Shown here one piece after another: positions 1 through 8,444 of a stretch of 63,800 nt of DNA (its first letter is position 1; each line of letters starts with the position of its first letter). Both the position numbers and the translations under genes were made by a program. The stretch is from positions 1-63,800 of the forward strand of contig CAZQMY010000001.1 of assembly GCA_964594405.1 (NCBI GenBank), written 5' to 3'. The stretch is from an uncultured Spirochaetaceae bacterium. GTDB lineage: Bacteria > Myxococcota_A > UBA9160 > UBA4427. The notes beneath the pieces are model-generated. The model made no database searches. It saw only the letters and a list, made by a program, of their open reading frames with translations, and was not told the DNA's origin.

Positions 1-347
1 GCCAGCGCGAGCGCCTCGAGCGGCTCGATTCATCGCTCTATCTCGACTACACGCTCGAGTCCCTGGACGCGCTCGGCGAGGAGGTGCACGGGCTCGCGGA
101 GGACTGGTACTGCGGTCGGGAGGAGGCGCTCGCGGCACGGCTGCTCGAGAGCGAGGACGAGGCGATGCTGCCGCTGCTCGAGCTGATCTTCCACGAGCGC
201 AACCTGGCGATGGCGGCGCGCATCCATGCGCTCCTCGAGGCGCGGGGGCGATCCTTCGTGGTCGTGGGCGCGGGGCACCTGGTGGGCGAGCGCGGGATCC
301 CGGCTCTCCTTGCCGAGCGGGGCCTCTCGGTGGAGCGCCTGGAGTGA
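1..347 (+). CDS. TraB/GumN family protein, C-terminal fragment (5' end outside window)
   Basis: The frame is open from the window edge to TGA at 345-347. The tail 'RSFVVVGAGHLVGERGIPALLAERG' matches the conserved VGAGHL-G end of TraB/GumN proteins. Confidence 0.55.
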   Translation, partial: QRERLERLDSSLYLDYTLESLDALGEEVHGLAEDWYCGREEALAARLLESEDEAMLPLLELIFHERNLAMAARIHALLEARGRSFVVVGAGHLVGERGIPALLAERGLSVERLE

Positions 348-519
348 CGAGCGAGTCGCATGCGCGGATCCGGCTCGACCCGGGCGCCGCGCGAGCCTCC
401 CAGACGTGCGTGGCCTGCGACGGCGAGCGGATCACTGGGCTGCACTACCATCGGTGGCGACAGATCCAGCCCTCCTCCGCGTCCTCGGGTACGCGGTCTC
501 CCAGCCCACAGGAATCATC

Positions 520-1791
520 ATGAGTACCCCCTCCGCCCCCGCCGATCGCCATCTCGACCGGGCCTCCATTCTGCAGCGGGGGCTCGAGACGCCGATCGAG
601 GCGCTGGACGTGAGTCATTGGGACATCTTCCAGGCCGACGCCGCGCCCGCCCTGCTGGCCCGGCTGCGCCACGAAGCGCCGGTGCACTTCTGCCCCCGAA
701 GCGTCCATGGCCCCTTCTGGTCGATCACGCGATTCGAGGACATCCGCAGCATCGAGCTCGACGTGACGCGCTTCTCGTCGGAGGTCAACGTCACCATCGC
801 CGACCAGCCCGAGGACTTCGTCGCGCCGATGTTCATCGCCATGGATCCGCCACGTCATGACGAGCAGCGGCGCGCTGTCTTTCCCGTCCTCGCTCCGAAG
901 AACGTCCGGCGGATGGAGGGAACGATCAGGGAACGGGCCGCGGCGATCCTCGACGGGCTGCCTGTAGGGGAGGCCTTCGACTGGGTCGATCGTGTCTCCA
1001 TCGAGCTCACCACGCAGATGCTCGCCACGCTCTTCGACTTCCCCTTCGAAGAGCGCCGCAAGCTGACGCGCTGGTCGGACGTGGCCTCGGGAGGGCCGGG
1101 GACCGGCGTCGTGGAGACCAAGGCGCAGCGCCAGCAGGAGCTCCGGGAGTGCCTGGACGTCTTCCAGCAGCTCTGGGAGGAGCGGGCTCGACGCGAGCCG
1201 GGGCACGATCTGATCTCGATGCTCGCCCACCATCCGGCCACCCAGGACATGAACACCCGGCCCATGGAGCTCCTCGGCAACGTCGCGCTGCTCATCGTGG
1301 GGGGCAACGACACCACGAGGAACTCCATCAGCGGCGGCGTGTACGCGCTGAACCGATTTCCCGAGCAGTACGAGAAGCTGCGCGCGGATCACGGGCTGAT
1401 CGAGAACATGGTCTCCGAGATCATCCGCTGGCAGACCCCGCTGGCCCATATGCGGCGGACCGCGACCGAGGACGTCGAGCTGCACGGCCAGAGGATCCGC
1501 GCCGGCGACAAGGTGGTGCTCTGGTATCTCTCCGCGAATCGTGACGAGGCGATCTTCGATCGGGGCGACGACTTCGAGATCGAGCGGCGCAACGCCAGCC
1601 ATCACATCGCCTTCGGATTCGGCATCCACCGCTGCGTGGGGGCGCACCTGGCCGAGATGCAGCTCCGCGTGCTCTGGGAGGAGATCATGGAGCGCTTCGA
1701 ACGCGTCGAGGTGCTCGAGGAGCCCCGTCGCACGCGCTCCAACTTCGTGCGCGGCTACACGTCCATGCCCGTCCGCCTCCATGTCCGCTGA
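520..1791 (+). CDS. cyp153: Cytochrome P450, CYP153 family (alkane/terminal hydroxylase type)
   Basis: ATG at 520 (MSTPSAP). Heme-ligand loop 'FGFGIHRCVGAHLAE', I-helix 'LLIVGGNDTTRNS' and 'EIIRWQTPLAHMRRTA'. The blocks 'PMFIAMDPPRHD' and 'LTTQMLATLFDFPFEERRKLTRWSD' are near-identical to CYP153A signature blocks as I remember them. Confidence 0.93.
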   Translation: MSTPSAPADRHLDRASILQRGLETPIEALDVSHWDIFQADAAPALLARLRHEAPVHFCPRSVHGPFWSITRFEDIRSIELDVTRFSSEVNVTIADQPEDFVAPMFIAMDPPRHDEQRRAVFPVLAPKNVRRMEGTIRERAAAILDGLPVGEAFDWVDRVSIELTTQMLATLFDFPFEERRKLTRWSDVASGGPGTGVVETKAQRQQELRECLDVFQQLWEERARREPGHDLISMLAHHPATQDMNTRPMELLGNVALLIVGGNDTTRNSISGGVYALNRFPEQYEKLRADHGLIENMVSEIIRWQTPLAHMRRTATEDVELHGQRIRAGDKVVLWYLSANRDEAIFDRGDDFEIERRNASHHIAFGFGIHRCVGAHLAEMQLRVLWEEIMERFERVEVLEEPRRTRSNFVRGYTSMPVRLHVR

Positions 1792-1816
1792 AGGAGGACG
1801 TCCCGGGCACGGCGGG

Positions 1817-1843
1817 GCGGAGCGCCGGGGGGCGATGCTCCGC
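1817..1843 (+). terminator. Possible intrinsic terminator hairpin after the P450 gene
   Basis: GCGGAGC (1817-1823) pairs with GCTCCGC (1837-1843) across a 13-nt loop and is followed by 'tcttgat'. The loop is long and the T-tract weak. Confidence 0.3.
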
Positions 1844-2093
1844 TCTTGATCCCTGATCATGACCGGTGATTCGCGGTCGCGCTCGACGCGCCCGAGCGGG
1901 AGGCATCCACCACGCAATCGATTGTGTGAATGGGTGACGATCGATTCCGACTCTTAATCATCTCTACCGTCTGGGATTGATGGTGGGTGAGCGCCTTGCC
2001 ACGAGCTCCGGTTTGCGGGAACGTCCGGCCGCGTGTTCAAGCGCCTCGTCGGTGCATCCGACCGGAACGATTCGAAAGGGGGGTTCGATCGTC

Positions 2094-3443
2094 ATGGCGA
2101 TCTCTTCTCGACCACACGGCAGCGTCATCGGCTCCGCCTCGAGAGCCGGGCTCAGGCGCCCCTGGGACCGCGGCGCGGTCCTCGCGATCTGCCTCCTGCT
2201 GCTCTCGACTGCTTCCGGCGTGGCCGTGGCGCAGGGGGAGGGGCGCGGTGATGCCGAGCTGGCAACGGACGTCTGGGACGCCCTCACCAATGGCAAGCCG
2301 GTCCTCAACGTGCGTGGCCGCCTCGAGATCGGCGACCAGGACGGCAAGCAGGATTCGCAGGCCTACACGGTGCGAACCCGCCTCGGCTACGGGACCCGGC
2401 CCTGGCACGGCGGCAGCGTCTACGCGGACTTCGAGAACGTGGCCTCCGCCACCCTCGGCAGCTACCGCCAGCCTGGCGGGCCGGACAACGGCAGGACGAT
2501 CATCGCCGACAATCCGATCACACAGGTCAACCAGGGGTTCCTCAAGATCCACCGCGAGGAGCTGCTGGACAGCGCGCTGGTCGGCGGCAGGCAGCGGATC
2601 GTCCTGGACGACGCCCGCTTCATCGGCAACGTGGTCTGGCGCCAGAACGAGCAGACCTATGACGCGCTCCTGCTGGATTCGGGCCTGGGCGTAGATGGTC
2701 TGACCTTCAAGTACGCGTATCTCGGCAGCGTCAAGAGGATCTTCGGCAACGGGTCCACCAATCCCGCCTTCAAGGACTTCGATTCCGACTCGCACATCCT
2801 GAACGCGAGATATGTGGCGGGCGACTTCGTGGAGGCCGCGGCCTTCGTATACCTGCTCGACCTCCGTCCCGAGGACAGGGGTACGCCGGACGGCTCGAGC
2901 AGCATGACCTTCGGCTTCCGACTCGTCGGCGACATCGGGCTGAGCGAGTCGATGAATCTCTCCTACCAGGCGAGCTACGCCTATCAGCGCGACTACGGAG
3001 GGAACCCGATCGCCTACGAGGCGCACTACTTCCTGGCCGACCTCGGCTTGGTGTTCGCGACGCTGGGCAAAGTCGGCGTCGGCTACGAGCTGCTGGGCAG
3101 CGACGACGGCAGCAAGCAGTTCCAGACACCGCTCTCGACCGCGCACAAGTTCAACGGCTGGGCGGACGTATTCCTCGACAACGGCGGTCCGGGGGGACTC
3201 CGGGATCTCCACATCTACGTCGCGCCCCGGCTCCCATGGAAGCTGAAGATGAGGATCGTCTATCACCGCTTCTGGGACGACGTCGCGGGCAGGGCCTTCG
3301 GGAACGAGATCGACGGCGTGCTCAACCGCGCGATCAACCCATATCTGGCGCTCGGGAAGAAGGCGGGCTACTTCGTGGCCGACGATGGCGGAACGCGGCC
3401 CAGCATCTACCGCGTGATCTGGGACCTGACCATCAACTTCTGA
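2094..3443 (+). CDS. Outer-membrane beta-barrel protein, alginate-export (AlgE)-like porin
   Basis: ATG at 2094. Signal peptide '...LLLLSTASGVAVAQGEG'. Alternating hydrophobic/aromatic beta-strand pattern throughout and a terminal aromatic '...WDLTINF'. The family assignment is tentative. Confidence 0.7.
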   Translation: MAISSRPHGSVIGSASRAGLRRPWDRGAVLAICLLLLSTASGVAVAQGEGRGDAELATDVWDALTNGKPVLNVRGRLEIGDQDGKQDSQAYTVRTRLGYGTRPWHGGSVYADFENVASATLGSYRQPGGPDNGRTIIADNPITQVNQGFLKIHREELLDSALVGGRQRIVLDDARFIGNVVWRQNEQTYDALLLDSGLGVDGLTFKYAYLGSVKRIFGNGSTNPAFKDFDSDSHILNARYVAGDFVEAAAFVYLLDLRPEDRGTPDGSSSMTFGFRLVGDIGLSESMNLSYQASYAYQRDYGGNPIAYEAHYFLADLGLVFATLGKVGVGYELLGSDDGSKQFQTPLSTAHKFNGWADVFLDNGGPGGLRDLHIYVAPRLPWKLKMRIVYHRFWDDVAGRAFGNEIDGVLNRAINPYLALGKKAGYFVADDGGTRPSIYRVIWDLTINF

Positions 3444-3468
3444 GCGCGCGGCGGCGAGGGGGGCCCGA

Positions 3469-4182
3469 TTGGTCCGTGGATCCGAGGAGGGGCGGCGCGT
3501 CCTGGTCACCGGGGCGAATCGGGGGCTGGGGCTCGAGTTCGTCCGGCAGTACGCCGCCGCGGGCTGGGAGGTGATCGCCACCTGCCGGGACGTGGATGCG
3601 GCCTCGGAGCTCGCCCTGGCCGCCGCGCCTCCCGCGGCGATCCGCGTGCATGCCCTCGACGTCCGCGACGCATCGATGGTGGACGCCCTGGCGGGGTCCA
3701 TCGGCGATGCGCCGCTCGATCTCCTGGTCAACAATGCGGGCGTCTACGGCCGCAAGCGGCTCCCGCTCGAGGCCGTGGAGGTCGAGGAGTGGATCGACGT
3801 CCTGCACACCAACACCATCGCGCCGCTGCTGGTCACGCGAGCCCTCTTGCGCAACCTCGAGGCCGCTCGCGGCGCCGTCGTCGCCATGCTGAGCAGCAAG
3901 GTGGGCAGCATCGCCGACAACACCAGCGGCGGGAACTACGCCTATCGCACCTCCAAGGCCGCGCTCAATCAGGTGGTCAAGAACCTCGCCCTCGAGCTCG
4001 CGCCCTCGGGCATCCGTGTCGTCGCTCTGCATCCGGGCTGGGTGATGACGGATATGGGCGGACCGGGTGCACTGATCGACGTCGGCGAGAGCGTGGCGGG
4101 CATGCGCGCGGTGATCGACGGGGTCGAGGCCGAGGACTCCGGCCGCTTCCTGGGATATCGAGGGGAGTCGATTCCCTGGTAG
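3469..4182 (+). CDS. Short-chain dehydrogenase/reductase (CsgA/C-factor-like SDR)
   Basis: Cofactor motif 'VLVTGANRGLG', 'NNAG', and catalytic 'YRTSKAA' (YxxxK). The start is TTG at 3469, preceded by GAGGGGGG. Confidence 0.88.
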   Translation: MVRGSEEGRRVLVTGANRGLGLEFVRQYAAAGWEVIATCRDVDAASELALAAAPPAAIRVHALDVRDASMVDALAGSIGDAPLDLLVNNAGVYGRKRLPLEAVEVEEWIDVLHTNTIAPLLVTRALLRNLEAARGAVVAMLSSKVGSIADNTSGGNYAYRTSKAALNQVVKNLALELAPSGIRVVALHPGWVMTDMGGPGALIDVGESVAGMRAVIDGVEAEDSGRFLGYRGESIPW

Positions 4183-4252
4183 ACGCCGCCCGCCGTCCGC
4201 CATCACATCGAAGGATCAGCCGGGTGGCCCACCACGCTGCGGGGCGCCGGGC

Positions 4253-5155
4253 TCAGATCCCTCCGCCATCGCTGTAGGCGTGCTCGGCCACCCTCTCGCT
4301 GGCCCGGGCGGACGCGCGGCCCGCTCCCAGGCCGATGGCCAGCATGATGAGCGCGAAGACCAGCTGCGGGGCGCTGTCCGGGATGGCCTCCCGGGCCAGC
4401 TCGATCCACGCCTCGGACTCGCGCACCATGATCATCGTCGCCATCACGGCGATGAAGCCCGCGAAGCCGCGGCGCAGCTTCTCGGGCGAGGTGCGCAGCG
4501 CGATCCGCGCACCCAGCCAGGAGCCCGCCACCGCCGCCACCGCGATGGCGGCGACGAGCTCGGGCTGGACGCGCACGTGGCTCGCATAGCCCGCGAAGCC
4601 CGCCCCGGTGTTGAGCACGATGATGGCGAGCGAGCTGCCCACGGCGCTCGTCATGGGCAGCCCCGCCCAGAGCACCAGCGCCGGGACGATCAGGAAACCG
4701 CCGCCCGCACCGACCAGGACGGAGAAGCTGCCCACGGCGAAGCCCTGGGCGAGCAGCCGCGCGGGCGCGGGCTCGTGCGGCGCTTCTCGCTGCTGCGCCG
4801 CTCTGCGGCCGCGCCACATCGCCGTGGCGGTGAGCAGCATCATGCTCGCGAAGAGCAGCAGTAGGAGCGTGCCATGCACGTACGCGCTTGCGCGGCCCCC
4901 CGCGTACGCCCCCGCCATGCCCGCCCCGCCGAAGATGATCACGGTGCGCAGATCCACCCGCCCGGCGCGCGCGTGGGTGAGCACGCCGCCGGTGCTCGCG
5001 ATCCCGACGATCAGCAGCGAGCTGGCGATGGCCTCCTTGGGCTCGAGGCCGAAGACGTAGACGAGCAGCGGAACGGTGAGGATCGATCCCCCGCCCCCGA
5101 AGAAGCCGAGCGACAGGCCGACGAGCAGGCTCAGCGCAAGTCCGAGGGAGGGCAT
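4253..5155 (-). CDS. TauE/SafE family sulfite/anion exporter
   Basis: About 8 TM segments with the internal-duplication pattern 'GGGGSILTVPLL' / 'GAGGGFLIVPAL' typical of TauE/SafE. It lies 3 nt downstream of the rhodanese gene. Confidence 0.85.
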   Translation of the reverse strand: MPSLGLALSLLVGLSLGFFGGGGSILTVPLLVYVFGLEPKEAIASSLLIVGIASTGGVLTHARAGRVDLRTVIIFGGAGMAGAYAGGRASAYVHGTLLLLLFASMMLLTATAMWRGRRAAQQREAPHEPAPARLLAQGFAVGSFSVLVGAGGGFLIVPALVLWAGLPMTSAVGSSLAIIVLNTGAGFAGYASHVRVQPELVAAIAVAAVAGSWLGARIALRTSPEKLRRGFAGFIAVMATMIMVRESEAWIELAREAIPDSAPQLVFALIMLAIGLGAGRASARASERVAEHAYSDGGGI

Positions 5156-5158
5156 CGA

Positions 5159-5491
5159 TCAGCGGTCCGGCGCACGGCTCACGGGCAGCCCGGCCTCGTT
5201 CCAGGCGAGCATTCCGCCCACGAGGTTGGTGACGTCCGCAAAGCCGAGCTTCGCCAGCTGATCGCAGGCCTGTCCCGAGCGATTGCCCGAGCGGCAGACG
5301 AGCAGGAGCCGGGACCTGGCGTCGAGCTCGTGGGTACGTTCGACGAGCTCGGGGAGCGGGATCAGCCGCGAGCCCTCGACGTGGCCCAGGTCGCCATCGA
5401 ACTCCTCTTCGGAGCGCACGTCGATGATGTCGTACTCGGCGAGCCGCTCCGATGCCGCGCTGGCCGTGATCTCGTGCATCGCCATCGTCAC
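5159..5491 (-). CDS. Rhodanese-domain sulfurtransferase
   Basis: Active-site loop 'CRSGNRS' and the motifs 'IDVRSEEEF' / 'GGMLAWNEAG'. The GTG start overlaps the upstream TGA as GTGA; alternative ATGs are at 5485 and 5479. Confidence 0.9.
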   Translation of the reverse strand: MTMAMHEITASAASERLAEYDIIDVRSEEEFDGDLGHVEGSRLIPLPELVERTHELDARSRLLLVCRSGNRSGQACDQLAKLGFADVTNLVGGMLAWNEAGLPVSRAPDR

Positions 5492-6348
5492 GCTCCTCCG
5501 CCCAGGAAGTCGAGCGGGATCTTGAGGTAACGGCGTCCGTCGCTCTCCGGCTCCGGCAGGTTACCCGCGCGAATGTTGACCTGCACGGAGGGCAGGATCA
5601 GCTCGGGCGCAGCCAGCTCGCCGTCGCGCTTCTCGCGGAACGCGATGAACTCCTCGCGGCTCGTCTCTGCGTTGATCTGGACGTTGGACCGCTTCTGCTC
5701 GGCCACCGTCGTCTCCACCATGAGGGGACGGTCGCCGGGCCGGTAGTCATGGCCGAGGAAGAGCCTCGTCTGGTCGGGCATCTCATAGATGCGCTGGATC
5801 GAGTCGTAGAGGACGGCCGCCGATCCGCCCGGAAAGTCGCATCGCGCCGCGCCGTAGTCGGGCGAGAAGAGCGTGTCGCCCAGGAAGAGGGCGTCCTCGA
5901 CAGCGAGCGAGATGTGGGCGGGGGTATGGCCGGGTGTATGCACGGCTCGGATTTCGAGACCGCCGCAGGCGAGCGTCTCGCCGTCGGCGACGAGACGGTC
6001 GAACTGCCGGCCGTCGGTGGGGAAATCGGGATCCATGTGATAGATGCGCTTGAACGCCTCCTGGATCTCGCCGATGCCCGCGCCGGTGACCGTCGTCGCT
6101 CCATAGCGCTCTCGGAAGAAGGGCGTTCCGGTCATGTGATCCGCGTGTGCATGGGTGTCGATCACATAGGGAATGCGGAGGCCGAGCTCGTCGATGCAGC
6201 GGGCCATCGCCTCCGCCGAGCGCCAGGATGTCCGACCGGCGCGAGGGTCGTAGTCGCGGATGGGATCGAGCACGACCCCGTCCCTCCCGTCGTGGATCAC
6301 GTACGAGAGCGTCGAGGTGGCCTCGTCGAAGAAGTACTTGATTTCCAT
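5488..6348 (-). CDS. MBL-fold persulfide dioxygenase-like hydrolase (ETHE1/PDO type)
   Basis: ATG at 6348 (MEIKYFFDEATSTLSY). 'IDTHAHADH' (HxHxDH), 'HTPGHTP', and the C-terminal 'LILPSVQVNIRAG' block. The 743-aa track ORF is an artefactual N-terminal extension. Confidence 0.88.
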   Translation of the reverse strand: MEIKYFFDEATSTLSYVIHDGRDGVVLDPIRDYDPRAGRTSWRSAEAMARCIDELGLRIPYVIDTHAHADHMTGTPFFRERYGATTVTGAGIGEIQEAFKRIYHMDPDFPTDGRQFDRLVADGETLACGGLEIRAVHTPGHTPAHISLAVEDALFLGDTLFSPDYGAARCDFPGGSAAVLYDSIQRIYEMPDQTRLFLGHDYRPGDRPLMVETTVAEQKRSNVQINAETSREEFIAFREKRDGELAAPELILPSVQVNIRAGNLPEPESDGRRYLKIPLDFLGGGA

Positions 6349-6432
6349 GATGTCGCTCCTTCCTTCGAGCCGCGTGCGACGGCTCGTCCGCACGGTCCGC
6401 CGAGCCCTTGCCCGCACGGTCCACCGAACGTA

Positions 6433-6448
6433 TGCATCGATTGTGCCG
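6433..6448 (-). promoter_or_regulatory. Candidate sigma54 (-24/-12) promoter of the PDO-rhodanese-TauE operon
   Basis: The minus strand reads CGGCACAATCGATGCA, with GG and GC separated by exactly 10 nt (consensus TGGCAC-N5-TTGCW). It lies about 86 nt upstream of the ATG at 6348, next to a divergent sigma54 activator gene. Confidence 0.6.
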
Positions 6449-6495
6449 AAGCGCTCGGATCCGAGTTTTCCTTTTCCAATCAGTATCCTACCGCC

Positions 6496-6570
6496 AGAGC
6501 CGCGGGCTCTGGATGTTTCACCTGAACGACCGTTGTGTTTCACGAGCGAATCAGTGAAACTGAGCGAAAC
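6496..6570. promoter_or_regulatory. Candidate upstream activator sites (repeats) for the sigma54 activator
   Basis: Palindrome AGAGCC-GCG-GGCTCT (6496-6510). TGTTTCAC occurs at 6514-6521 and 6536-6543, 22 bp apart. GTTTCAC-N10-GTGAAAC is an inverted repeat (6537-6560), with a degenerate GCGAAAC at 6564-6570. All lie 50-125 bp upstream of the -24 element. Confidence 0.45.
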
Positions 6571-6639
6571 GAGTGGGATGCTCTGTGCCCCACTCCCGCT
6601 GGGCACGGCCGCCCGGCGCTCCAGCAGGAAGCATGTCGT

Positions 6640-8004
6640 ATGGATCGCGAGACCGGACTCGAGGCGCTGCTGGCGACCTTCGGTCCGACGCGCGCGTTCG
6701 AGGTGCTCGCCGATCTCCTCCCGAACGCTGCGGTCTTCGTGGTCGATGGCGATCGGAACATCGCGCACTGGAGCCGGGGCGCCGAGGCGGTGCTGGGCTT
6801 CCAGGAAGCAGAGCTGCTGGGCCGCGCGTGTCTGGTCGCCAACCGCTGCCGAAACTGCATGGTGGGCTGCGGGCTCGAGGACATCGGCACCATCGCCGAT
6901 CATCCGCTCGAGCTCTTCCGCGCGGACGGTCAGGTGGTCGCCGCCCGCAAGTTCGCCCGCGCATTTCGCGACGCGGAGGGTCGCTTCCTGGGAGGCATCG
7001 AGGTGCTGCTGCCATCGGGGCCGGCCTTCGCGCCCGACGTCGGGGAGGTCGGGCTGCCCGACGATGCCGAGATCTTCCGCGGCCTGATCAGTCGTGATCC
7101 CGCCATGAAGCGCGCCTTCGAGACGGTGCGCTACGTGGCCGAGACCGACGCAACGGTGCTGGTCCGGGGGGAGAGCGGCACTGGCAAGGAGCTCGTCGCC
7201 CGCGCGCTCCACGAGGAGGGGCCGCGCCGAGGTGGGCCCTTCGTCGCCGTCAACTGCGCGGCGCTCACACCGACGCTGATCGAGAGTGAGCTCTTCGGGC
7301 ACAAGCGCGGCGCCTTCACCGGCGCGGTGAGTGATCGTGAGGGGCTCTTCGTGAATGCCGACCTCGGAACGCTCTTCCTGGACGAGGTCGCCGAGCTGCC
7401 GCTGCACGTACAGGCCAAGCTGCTGCGCGTCCTGCAGGAGCAGGTCGTGACGAAAGTGGGCGACGAGCGCGAGCGCAGGGTCGACGTGCGCGTCATCGCC
7501 GCGACGCACCGATCGCTCCGCGAGGAGGTCGCTCGGGGCCGGTTCCGCGAGGATCTGATGTATCGCCTCCGCGTGGTGCCCGTCTTCCTCCCACCGCTGC
7601 GCGAGCGGCGGGGCGACGTCGAGCTGCTCTTGCGCCGCTTCTTCGACGAGTTCAACCTGCGCGGTCCACGCCACGTGGTCCGGGTGGCGCCCGACGCCAT
7701 GCGCGCGCTCCTCGACCACGACTGGCCCGGGAACGTCCGTGAGCTGCGCAACGTCGTCGAGTATGCCTTTGCGGTGGGCCGGGGTGCCGAGCTCCTGCCC
7801 GACGAGCTGCCCCCCGAGTTCAGGCGGCCGGCCCCGCCCCTTGCGGACGAGCGCCCGGGCCCGCCGCCCAGCGAGGCCGAGAGCGAGGCGGATCGGATCC
7901 GTTGGGCACTCGAGCGGAGCCGGGGAAGGGTGGGCGAAGCGGCGACCCTGCTCGGCATGAGCCGCCCGACCTTCTGGCGCAGACGCAAGAAGTACGGCCT
8001 CTGA
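6640..8004 (+). CDS. Sigma54-dependent transcriptional activator with N-terminal PAS domain (FisR-like context)
   Basis: ATG at 6640. PAS-like N-terminus ('VFVVDGDRNIAHWSRGAEAVLGF'). AAA+ Walker A 'GESGTGKE', sigma54-contact loop 'GAFTGA', 'DVRVIAAT', and C-terminal Fis-type HTH 'AATLLGMSRPTFWRRRKKYGL'. Confidence 0.93.
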   Translation: MDRETGLEALLATFGPTRAFEVLADLLPNAAVFVVDGDRNIAHWSRGAEAVLGFQEAELLGRACLVANRCRNCMVGCGLEDIGTIADHPLELFRADGQVVAARKFARAFRDAEGRFLGGIEVLLPSGPAFAPDVGEVGLPDDAEIFRGLISRDPAMKRAFETVRYVAETDATVLVRGESGTGKELVARALHEEGPRRGGPFVAVNCAALTPTLIESELFGHKRGAFTGAVSDREGLFVNADLGTLFLDEVAELPLHVQAKLLRVLQEQVVTKVGDERERRVDVRVIAATHRSLREEVARGRFREDLMYRLRVVPVFLPPLRERRGDVELLLRRFFDEFNLRGPRHVVRVAPDAMRALLDHDWPGNVRELRNVVEYAFAVGRGAELLPDELPPEFRRPAPPLADERPGPPPSEAESEADRIRWALERSRGRVGEAATLLGMSRPTFWRRRKKYGL

Positions 8005-8016
8005 ACGGCTGCCCGC

Positions 8017-8440
8017 CTAGGCGCTCCAGCGCTCCTCGAGGAAGGTCTGGAGGGCTTCGGGCATGTCGGGCTTCACCACGTACGAGCGGATCATGGGATG
8101 ACGGCTCGCCTCCTCCCGATCGCGGGGCGCGTCCGAACAAGTGAAGATCGTGATGTCGAAGACCTCCGGATCGATGGATCCGGAGGCGGCCAGGGCCTCC
8201 AGCGCGTACACGGCTTCGAAGCCCGTCATTCCCGGCATGTTGACGTCGAGGAGAACCAGGATCGGCGCTGACCAGCTTCCGCACTCCGTTCGCAGCCGAT
8301 CGGAGTCGCTGGCGAGCTCGATCAGCTCGCTCCCCCCCCCTCAGCTCGACGATGTTCTCGTTCACGCCGATCTCCTCGAGCATCCGCCGTACCAGGTAGC
8401 GGTCGGGCTTGGAGTCGTCGACGATGATCACGGCGCGCAT
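8017..8440 (-). pseudogene. Single-domain (CheY-like) response regulator interrupted by a +1 frameshift
   Basis: The N-terminus 'MRAVIIVDDSKPDRYLVRRMLEEIGVNENIVELRGG' (frame of 8440) continues in another frame as 'SELIELASDS...PILVLLDVNMPGMTGFEAV...VVKPDMPEAL' (to 8017). The span is 424 nt (3n+1). Removing one G from the G9 run restores a 140-aa receiver. Confidence 0.8.
8332..8340. repeat. C9/G9 homopolymer at the frameshift site
   Basis: 'tccccccccc' at 8331-8340; counted directly. Confidence 0.95.
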
Positions 8441-8444
8441 CCGA

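Noticed and set aside
445-1917. A 490-aa ORF antisense to the P450 gene. Similar long antisense or out-of-frame ORFs are 2037-3734, 9840-11036, 14996-16351, 25750-27993, 27978-30320, 37667-39250, 40566-42581, 51509-53443, 54099-55370 and 61438-63648.
   Set aside because: Their composition is Arg/Ala/Pro/Gly-rich and low in complexity, with no recognisable motifs. Each lies opposite a gene with unambiguous family signatures. Stop-free antisense frames are expected at this GC content.
5488-7719. The 743-aa minus-strand ORF as one gene. The over-extended ORFs 40506-44105, 10668-12386 and 56517-57701 are similar cases.
   Set aside because: Only the C-terminal part carries the real domain (MBL, DUF3604, GST or lipoprotein). 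The N-terminal extension crosses promoters or runs antisense to well-supported genes. Internal starts with RBSs were used instead.
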